Positions 54,025 through 60,362 of a stretch of 64,000 nt of DNA are shown here, one piece after another. A program made the position numbers and the translations under genes. Origin of the DNA: a virus (taxonomy: Duplodnaviria > Heunggongvirae > Uroviricota > Caudoviricetes); IMG/VR virus record IMGVR_UViG_3300048904_000202, positions 4,007 to 68,006 of that record. One strand, given 5' to 3'. Within the stretch, counting starts at the first letter, position 1. Each line of letters starts with the position of its first letter. A model generated the notes under the pieces. The model was not told the DNA's origin. It saw only the letters and a list, made by a program, of their open reading frames with translations, and searched no databases.

Positions 54025-54114
54025 GGGTCGTCTTCCCCTCGCCGGACTGTAACCCCGGTGCCATCGAACCGAGGGGCTGTGTGGCGGGAGGTTCGAGTCC
54101 TCGACGACCCACCA
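54025..54114 (+). tRNA. Non-canonical tRNA-Tyr(GTA) lacking a D arm
   Basis: Perfect 7-bp acceptor, A73, CCA, T arm and GTA anticodon arm; only 10 nt where the D arm should be. Confidence 0.7.
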
Positions 54115-54157
54115 TTCTATTCCAGCAGGAGTACGATCAAGAGTTCACGAGTTGCAC

Positions 54158-54245
54158 GCACTGGTGGCGGAACTGGATATACGCAGCAAGCTCAGACCTT
54201 GCCGCCCTTTGAGGATTGTGGGTTCGAGTCCCACCCGGTGTACCA
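54158..54245 (+). tRNA. tRNA-Leu(CAG)
   Basis: Long V arm, A73, encoded CCA. Confidence 0.9.
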
Positions 54246-54256
54246 GCAACTCGAAC

Positions 54257-54341
54257 GCGGATGTGGTGAAATAGGTAAACGCAGCGGGTCGAGAGCCCGC
54301 CGGCTTCGGCCTTGTGGGTTCAAGTCCCACCTTCCGCACCA
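54257..54341 (+). tRNA. tRNA-Leu(GAG)
   Basis: Long V arm, A73, encoded CCA. Confidence 0.9.
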
Positions 54342-54355
54342 GTTACCTCGTGATT

Positions 54356-54429
54356 GCCGGCGTAGCTCAATGGTAGAGCTACGGCGTCGTAACCCGTAGA
54401 CCTGAGTTCGATTCTCAGCGCCGGCTCCA
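54356..54429 (+). tRNA. tRNA-Thr(CGT)
   Basis: Cloverleaf, encoded CCA. Confidence 0.85.
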
Positions 54430-54457
54430 CGAGTTGATCAGTGTCCATGGGCGTGGT

Positions 54458-54533
54458 GTGGCCTAACGCAATACAGTGCGCGGCCGGATTGTGACTCCGG
54501 TGCTAGAGGGTGCAGGTCCCTCAGGTCACCCCA
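54458..54533 (+). tRNA. tRNA-His(GTG), divergent D/T loops, C73
   Basis: GTGGCCT/AGGTCAC acceptor, CCGGA-TTGTGAC-TCCGG arm, encoded CCA. Confidence 0.75.
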
Positions 54534-54547
54534 CGCCCATGGATAGT

Positions 54548-54621
54548 TGCCCCTTCGGCTAATGGTAAGCCTTCTGACTCTGAATCAGACAATCGAGGTT
54601 CGATTCCTCGCGGGGCATCCA
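54548..54621 (+). tRNA. tRNA-Gln(CTG)
   Basis: Cloverleaf, U1-A72, encoded CCA. Confidence 0.9.
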
Positions 54622-54676
54622 GATTAGGGAGACGACGATATGGACGATACTCTCGATCGACAACCGAACGGCTTAA

Positions 54677-54750
54677 TGCCCGTTCGGCTAATGGTAAGTC
54701 GCTGCACTTTGAATGCGGAGACCTTGGTTCGATCCCAAGACGGGCATCCA
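54677..54750 (+). tRNA. tRNA-Gln(TTG)
   Basis: Cloverleaf, encoded CCA. Confidence 0.9.
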
Positions 54751-54752
54751 GA

Positions 54753-55079
54753 TCAGAGCGTCGTGTATCCGTTATCGATGCACATGCTCATGATGCCGTA
54801 ACGCAGTGTGGTGTTGTCCGCCGGGCTGGTGACATAGGCCTGATCGGCCCGAACGATGTGGCCAGCGGCGTTGCGGTAAATCGCTACCTTGAAGGTGCGG
54901 CCGTTCGCCCGTCCGCACACGACAACGGCGTCGGACTTGACCGGATCGGTTGCGATCTGCGGACGGTTGGGCAGGAAGCTGGCGATGGCGTTAGAGATCA
55001 CAACCTTCTCGGTAGGCAGCAAGGGGCGCGCCTCGGCCGAGGGTGTAGCGACAAGAGCCGCGATGAGGATTAAGGACAT
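54753..55079 (-). CDS. Secreted hypothetical protein, antisense within tRNA operon 3
   Basis: Signal peptide MSLILIAALVATPSAEA; VVCG..NG and terminal C; AGGAGAA RBS. Confidence 0.6.
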   Translation of the reverse strand: MSLILIAALVATPSAEARPLLPTEKVVISNAIASFLPNRPQIATDPVKSDAVVVCGRANGRTFKVAIYRNAAGHIVRADQAYVTSPADNTTLRYGIMSMCIDNGYTTL

Positions 55080-55158
55080 GGGGGTTCTCCTATCTGGTGG
55101 AATTTCTGCCGGACCATAGGATGGACCGATAAAGGAGACAACAAGATTCAGGGTTAAC

Positions 55159-55245
55159 GGAAGGTTGGCCGAGCGGTAAGGCACCCGCTTGCTAGGCGGG
55201 CGAGACCTCAGGGTTGCGTGGGTTCGATCCCCACACCTTCCTCCA
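55159..55245 (+). tRNA. tRNA-Ser(GCT)
   Basis: Long V arm, encoded CCA. Confidence 0.9.
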
Positions 55246-55252
55246 CCCTGTT

Positions 55253-55301
55253 TGCGTCATATATGGCGCACTAACCGGCTTTATGCGTCATATATGGCGC
55301 A
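55253..55301. repeat. Duplicated 18-bp quasi-palindrome TGCGTCATATATGGCGCA
   Basis: Exact copies at 55253-55270 and 55284-55301. Confidence 0.85.
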
Positions 55302-55304
55302 AAC

Positions 55305-55378
55305 GGCGCGATGGCCGAGTGGTAAGGCTCCGGATTGCAACCCCGGCATCGCCGGTTCAATTCCGGCTCGCGTCTCCA
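55305..55378 (+). tRNA. tRNA-Cys(GCA)
   Basis: U73, encoded CCA. Confidence 0.9.
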
Positions 55379-55385
55379 GTTTCAT

Positions 55386-55460
55386 ATCGGTGTAGCTCAG
55401 TGGTAGAGCGGCGGCTTCCAATCCCGCGCGTCCGAGGTTCGATTCCTTGCACCGGTGCCA
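55386..55460 (+). tRNA. tRNA-Trp(CCA)
   Basis: G73, encoded CCA. Confidence 0.9.
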
Positions 55461-55967
55461 TTACGCTCCCAGCGGCTTGCGGAGGATGCCCCATTGGGAA
55501 ATCCCCGCCTTGCGCAGCAGGGAGACGGGCTCGAAAGCAGTGATGCTGTTGAAATACACGAGATGGTCATGGGGACTGGTTCGACGCTGATTTAGTCCGA
55601 GCGTTTCCAGTATCCGCATCACCCAATCCATATGAGGAACCGGCGAGGTCAGTAGCAACACGCCGCCGGGTTTTAGCAGGGCCTTCGCCTCCTCCGTGAA
55701 ATCAACATGCTCGATCACCTCGAAGGCCACGATCGCGTCAAACGACGCAGGCTCCAAACCGAGCTTTCGCCAATCGCGGATATCTCCGACGACATCGGCT
55801 GGCTCGACGATGTCATTCCCCACATAGTTGATCCATCCGTGGCTGCGAAGATACTCACCCACCCACCGCGACCCACACCCGATCTCTAGGATGCGGGCGT
55901 CTTTTGGCAGCGGGTTCAAAAAATACTCGATCTTCTTGCGCTGTGCATATTCACTCAGGGCCGGCAT
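55461..55967 (-). CDS. Class I SAM-dependent methyltransferase
   Basis: ILEIGCGS, SFDAIVAFEVIEH, LLKPGG.L.L.SP. Confidence 0.85.
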   Translation of the reverse strand: MPALSEYAQRKKIEYFLNPLPKDARILEIGCGSRWVGEYLRSHGWINYVGNDIVEPADVVGDIRDWRKLGLEPASFDAIVAFEVIEHVDFTEEAKALLKPGGVLLLTSPVPHMDWVMRILETLGLNQRRTSPHDHLVYFNSITAFEPVSLLRKAGISQWGILRKPLGA

Positions 55968-56216
55968 GACACCCCTCCTCGTCGCTCTAGATCGACCCTA
56001 AAGGCCTGATGGTTAACACTTTCCTACCGGAAAGAAACCAACTTATCAAACCACTTAAAGAGCGAAACGATCAGTCGGGGTCCGTACGGTCCACGATGCG
56101 AAAAAAGATGGGCCACGTATGGTCCATCTTTATGCACGCTTCATGTTGATTTGGTATCCTCTTGGGTCCGCGTCCCTCTCTGGATGCGTCATCCCCATCA
56201 TCCACGAGGAAGTACC

Positions 56217-56645
56217 ATGTCGAAGAGCAATACCTTCGAGAACGATCTGCTCAAGCTCATTTTTCAGGGGATCGCCATTCCGGGCATCGCTGACAACACT
56301 GCGACAGCGCCGTTGGGCAATCTGTACGTCGCGCTCCACACTGCCGATCCGGGCGAGGGTGGTGACCAGACCACCAACGAAGTGAACTACACCGGTTATG
56401 CCCGTGTCGCTGTCACCCGTTCGGGCGCTGGCTGGACCGTTGCTGGCTCAGTCGTGAGCCCGACGATTAATATCGACTTCCCCACAGGCACCGGAGGCGC
56501 CTCTACCGCAGCTTTCTTCTCGGTTGGTACCGCGCTGAACGGCGCCGGCAAGATTCTGTACTCGGGCACGATCACTCCGAGCATCGCCTGCGGCAACGGC
56601 GTCACCCCGCGTATCTCGACCGCCTCCACCATCACCGAGGATTAA
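56217..56645 (+). CDS. Putative virion structural (fibre/appendage) protein
   Basis: EN.LL...LYVALHTADPGE.G....E..Y.GYARVAV pattern of phage fibre-associated proteins. Confidence 0.65.
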   Translation: MSKSNTFENDLLKLIFQGIAIPGIADNTATAPLGNLYVALHTADPGEGGDQTTNEVNYTGYARVAVTRSGAGWTVAGSVVSPTINIDFPTGTGGASTAAFFSVGTALNGAGKILYSGTITPSIACGNGVTPRISTASTITED

Positions 56646-56666
56646 TCCTCGGCCCGAGGGGGCTTC

Positions 56667-58277
56667 ATGTCGAACGTCTTCACCGACTCCTTCTCCGGTA
56701 GCGCCACGGTCGTCGATCTTTCGACGCACACAGGCGAGACCGGACATGGATGGCTAGTTCATCCGGGTTTTTCCGGTGGAGCGATGCGAGTCTCTCCGCC
56801 GGGCGAAGTCACGTGTCCGGCGTTCTCCGACACTGCCTACATCATCAATCAGGACTTGCCGGCCGGCGACCTCGATTTCAAGGTCAGCATTCTTTACAAC
56901 CCTTCGGGCGCGTTCAGGGACGGCGGTATTATCTTTCGCGCGTCGACCACCGCCAAGACCTGTTACCTGATTCACTCAAGCCTCAACACCACCTACCTCA
57001 GTCGTTACCTAAACGGTACGGAAACGGTATTGGCGGCCGGGGATTTCGCCCGCACCAGTAACACCTACTACACGATGAGTGTGCGGGTGCGCGGAACCCG
57101 GATCACCATTCTCATGAATGGTACGCAGGTCGTTGATTTCGACGACACCAGCACTGCTGGTGCCAACTTGCCGTCGCCGGGCCGGTTCGGTCTGTATGGT
57201 CCGGCCGGTAACAAGTTCGACGATCTCCAGATCGATACCGCCGCTGCTGCCGCTACCTCGGCAGATGGTCTGGTGGCAGGAACTTCATCGGCAGTAGCGA
57301 CCGGCGTCACCATCAAGAACGCGTCAATGCTGTCCACGAACGGCGCGAGCGCGGCAGGGACCGGGACTGCTGTCATCACTGCTAACGGTGCCGCCGGTAG
57401 TAGCAGCACGGTCGGCGCAGTCGGCATCACGATCATCGAATCGATGTTCGCCATCCTCGGACAGGCGACTGGCGATGCGTTGACGCAAGTGGGCTACACC
57501 GGTTTTGGCAACGCGGCGGGTTCGGCGACCGCAGTAGCTGAAAGTGTTCTCTTCGAGACCGTTGTAGCGGTCGGTTCTGCATCTGGGACCACCGATACAC
57601 GAGTCACCACGAAGAGTTTTTCGCTCGGTTCCATGAGCAGCCGGGGAGCGTCGGACGCCTTCGCAATCAGTCGTGACGTACTGCCGGGCGAGACGTTTGG
57701 GCGTTCCCTCAACAACGCCGCAACGGTGTCCGGTGTCGGATCATCGGTGGTAACATCGATTGGCTTTTCGCGAGGCCTCGCTGAGGTTACCAGCATCCAT
57801 GCCCAAGGGTTCTTGACCGGTGTCGGTCTTGCTCAGGGCTTCTCGTTTGCCACCACCGACCCTCCCGAGCCAGTTGTCCATGCTGCGGTGGGAGCGTCGG
57901 TAAGTAAAGCAACGCTGCATATCGTCGCTTTGACCAACTTGATGGCCGCGCTCGGTCGTGCGTCTGGGAACTCGTTTGCCGGCGCGCCGCGCCGCGTCAT
58001 CATCGCAGGGGCCGCCTTGTCTGGTGGCGGTTCTTCGAGCGAGATCATCACGGCCAAGATCGCGCAAGCCGACGCGGCGTCGATCTCGATCTCCACGCTT
58101 ACCGCGATCTCGGGATCGTTCATCCACAAGCCGCCTCCGGTTACCCAGACCATGGTGCTGGCGGCGGTACCTCGCTCGCTTTCACTGCCGGCCGCCGGTC
58201 CTCGGATCATCACGCTCGCGGCACGAGCTTCCCGCACCATCACTCTCGCATCCCAAGCACGGACCATCACGCTATGA
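56667..58277 (+). CDS. Putative virion appendage protein: beta-sandwich (ConA-like) N-domain plus Ala/Ser/Gly/Thr-rich repeats
   Basis: Beta-rich N-terminus ending G.FGL...FDD; long small-residue stalk. Confidence 0.5.
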   Translation: MSNVFTDSFSGSATVVDLSTHTGETGHGWLVHPGFSGGAMRVSPPGEVTCPAFSDTAYIINQDLPAGDLDFKVSILYNPSGAFRDGGIIFRASTTAKTCYLIHSSLNTTYLSRYLNGTETVLAAGDFARTSNTYYTMSVRVRGTRITILMNGTQVVDFDDTSTAGANLPSPGRFGLYGPAGNKFDDLQIDTAAAAATSADGLVAGTSSAVATGVTIKNASMLSTNGASAAGTGTAVITANGAAGSSSTVGAVGITIIESMFAILGQATGDALTQVGYTGFGNAAGSATAVAESVLFETVVAVGSASGTTDTRVTTKSFSLGSMSSRGASDAFAISRDVLPGETFGRSLNNAATVSGVGSSVVTSIGFSRGLAEVTSIHAQGFLTGVGLAQGFSFATTDPPEPVVHAAVGASVSKATLHIVALTNLMAALGRASGNSFAGAPRRVIIAGAALSGGGSSSEIITAKIAQADAASISISTLTAISGSFIHKPPPVTQTMVLAAVPRSLSLPAAGPRIITLAARASRTITLASQARTITL

Positions 58278-58558
58278 GCTTCCCCAAGTTCCCGCATCCA
58301 AAAGACCCCGACGACGTGGCGGACTATGCCATCGATTGGACAGCACGACTCGACGCCGGTGATTCCCTTGCGGACTCTCTCTTCGAGGTGGTGTCGGGTA
58401 CCATTTTGCTGGGCGCTCAATCGATCGACGGCAACAAGGCCACCGTCTGGGTCAACGGTGGCGAAGACGGTGAAACGGCCACCATCCTCAACCGCGTGAC
58501 GACCACCGGTGGGCGGCAATACGACCAGACGTTCGCGCTAAAAATTAAGACGCAGTGA
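58274..58558 (+). CDS. Fibre/tail adaptor-like protein
   Basis: KDPDD..DY.IDW..RL..GD.L...VW.NGG..G....I.NRVTT.GGR..DQT. Confidence 0.65.
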   Translation: MSFPKFPHPKDPDDVADYAIDWTARLDAGDSLADSLFEVVSGTILLGAQSIDGNKATVWVNGGEDGETATILNRVTTTGGRQYDQTFALKIKTQ

Positions 58559-58567
58559 TATTCTTAG

Positions 58568-58596
58568 TTGACAGTGATGCGAATCACGTCTAGTAA
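58568..58596 (+). promoter_or_regulatory. Promoter of the ncRNA/tmRNA operon
   Basis: TTGACA-N17-TAGTAA. Confidence 0.7.
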
Positions 58597-58705
58597 GACT
58601 CAACACCGAGGGCAATGCTTCCGCTGCGTTCTTGGTTAGCGCCGTTCAGGTGGGTCACTGGACCCTTAAAGGCATGACCATCCATCACATCTGTGATGGT
58701 CCGCC

Positions 58706-58860
58706 GCCTGAGTGGAGCGACAAGTGATTACCGATCACTGGCGATCGGGATAGATGGTAACGGGCGCCCGCTTTCTCCCCTTGGGCCGGCGCACGGTGTT
58801 TCTAGGGCTTCGAGCCGTCTATCTCGGTCGCCAGTGATGTTCACTTGCGATGCGGCAGGC
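58706..58860 (+). ncRNA. Unidentified rod-like RNA with a 24-bp G-U-containing stem
   Basis: ATCACTGGCGATCGGGATAGATGG pairs with CCGTCTATCTCGGTCGCCAGTGAT; outer stems CAAGTGA/TCACTTG and GCCTG/CAGGC. Confidence 0.6.
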
Positions 58861-58939
58861 CTTGCCGACCGTGGAGGTCGGTTGGTCAACACTAGGCCGG
58901 CGAGGCAGGGAGTAGTGTCCCGGCAACGAGCTTTGGTCT

Positions 58940-59336
58940 GCCCCATCGCCAGTGATGGCGAGATGATCGTAATTCGGACGATCGAAGTTTTGGCTCGGAC
59001 GCGGGGGCGGTTCCCGCCGGTTCCACCACGAGCCCCGATATTACTGCCACTAGGGGCGACCTACCGCTCCGAAGAGGCGCGGAGTTATCGGCCGCGCTCT
59101 GTGTTCGGGGTTGATGATGGGGCCGAAGTAGGATTCGACGGGCAAGGCGGAGGTTAGGACGCGATCTAGCATGACCGACTACGCTTCGGCGAGACAGGTC
59201 ACCGTTTGTAAATGCGAACGACAACACTCCGGTGGTTGTCGCCCGCGACGAGGTTCGCCTCGCCGCGTAAGCGATAACTCTCAGCCTCCGGACTGAGAAA
59301 AGGGGCTCGGGGCCAGCCTTGCAACAGAATGGCCCC
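58940..59336 (+). ncRNA. ssrA: Circularly permuted two-piece tmRNA (alphaproteobacterial type); 5' boundary approximate
   Basis: Acceptor piece ends GCGGG-GGCGGTT-CCCGC-CGGTTCC-ACCA at 59028; coding piece starts GGGGCCGAAGTAGGATTCGACGGG at 59119 (G3:U70); tag ANDNTPVVVARDEVRLAA* at 59214-59270; terminal GGGGCC..CAACAGAA..GGCCCC hairpin. Confidence 0.9.
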
Positions 59337-59345
59337 ACGAGATTT

Positions 59346-59494
59346 GAGGTAGCTGGAGGTCGCCGGTTCGAGTCCGGTCATCCCCTGATCCGGGATGTAG
59401 CTCAGATGGTAGAGCGCCAGCGTAGGGGAGACACCGGTTCGACTCCGGTCCGGCTGTTGATCAGCAGCCGTTAGCTTAGAGGTAAAGCGCCTCG
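59346..59494 (+). ncRNA. Two tandem circularly permuted tRNA-like modules (T arm, loop-closed acceptor stem, D arm)
   Basis: T loops TTCGAGT and TTCGACT, canonical D arms, acceptor-like stems closed by TGATC-containing loops. Confidence 0.75.
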
Positions 59495-59790
59495 ATTTTG
59501 GGACGTGGTGAAACGATACATCCACATCTCCTTGAGCCGGCGAAAGCCTGACTGCCGGGAAAGTACGGTGAAGAGCAGTGCGGATGGAGGGCACTTGATC
59601 TTCGGATCAAGTCCGGGCAACAGAAACCCTCCACTGGTTTCGGGCTTTCAGCCCAGACGAGATGGGGTGGCAAGACAGCGCCGGGTGCGTCCGGCGTGGC
59701 ACGCACGCTAAGGCTGATGCTGATGTGTCTTGGGACCATCCCACCTATTTGCCGGGAGCAGGTTTGTGTCTCCCAATACAAAGTGATCCC
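59495..59790 (+). ncRNA. Unidentified structured RNA, about 290 nt
   Basis: cUUCGg hairpin 59593-59612 inside TGGAGGG/CCCTCCA; GGGCT/AGCCC and CGCCGG/CCGGCG hairpins; T-loop-like GGTGAAA, GGTGAAG and GCAACAG motifs. Confidence 0.5.
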
Positions 59791-59798
59791 GGCGGGTT

Positions 59799-59838
59799 AG
59801 GCCCGGTCGTTTTTCGGAACGACCGGGCCTTTCCTTTT
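59799..59838 (+). terminator. Terminator of the ncRNA operon
   Basis: 14-bp stem with TTCG loop, then TTCCTTTT. Confidence 0.8.
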
Positions 59839-59844
59839 GCGAAA

Positions 59845-59885
59845 GTGTTACTTTCGCTTGACATCTGGTGTTAGTTTAGCTTAAC
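59845..59885 (+). promoter_or_regulatory. Promoter with tandem GTGTTA-N7-TTRAC motifs
   Basis: GTGTTACTTTCGCTTGAC (59845-59862) and GTGTTAGTTTAGCTTAAC (59868-59885), 23-bp period. Confidence 0.7.
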
Positions 59886-59914
59886 AGTCTGAGACAACAG
59901 ACACAGGGCCGTTC

Positions 59915-60355
59915 ATGACCACGATCGCGTACCGTAGTGGCACCCTCGCTGCTGACTCTCAGATCGCTTACAGTAACTACCTGAACGGGCAACGCCCCAA
60001 GATCACCCAGTGCGGTCGCTTCCACGTTGCTCTCGCCGGAAAGGCTTGGCTGCGCCGACCGCTTGAAGAATGGTTAGCCGCTGGCGCCGACGAAGCCAAT
60101 GTTCCCGTCGAATTGATGGAGAACCAAGCTGAGTTCTCCTGTCTCATCGTCGATGACGACGGCGTTATGCTGACTTTCGATCGCGGGTATCTCCTACCTG
60201 TCGACGCTCCTTACGCCGCGATCGGCAGCGGCATGTTCTTCGCGATGGGCGCCATGGCTCATGGCGCCTCGGCTGAGGAAGCCGTCGCTGCGGCCATGGC
60301 CCATGACAAGAACACCGGCGGCCCGATCACCGTCGTCCGTTTTCCTCTTCACTGA
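59915..60355 (+). CDS. HslV/proteasome-beta-like Ntn hydrolase (Thr protease)
   Basis: N-terminal MTTIAY...AADSQ, K, AIGSG...AMGAM, D..TGG. Confidence 0.75.
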   Translation: MTTIAYRSGTLAADSQIAYSNYLNGQRPKITQCGRFHVALAGKAWLRRPLEEWLAAGADEANVPVELMENQAEFSCLIVDDDGVMLTFDRGYLLPVDAPYAAIGSGMFFAMGAMAHGASAEEAVAAAMAHDKNTGGPITVVRFPLH

Positions 60356-60362
60356 GTTCCCG

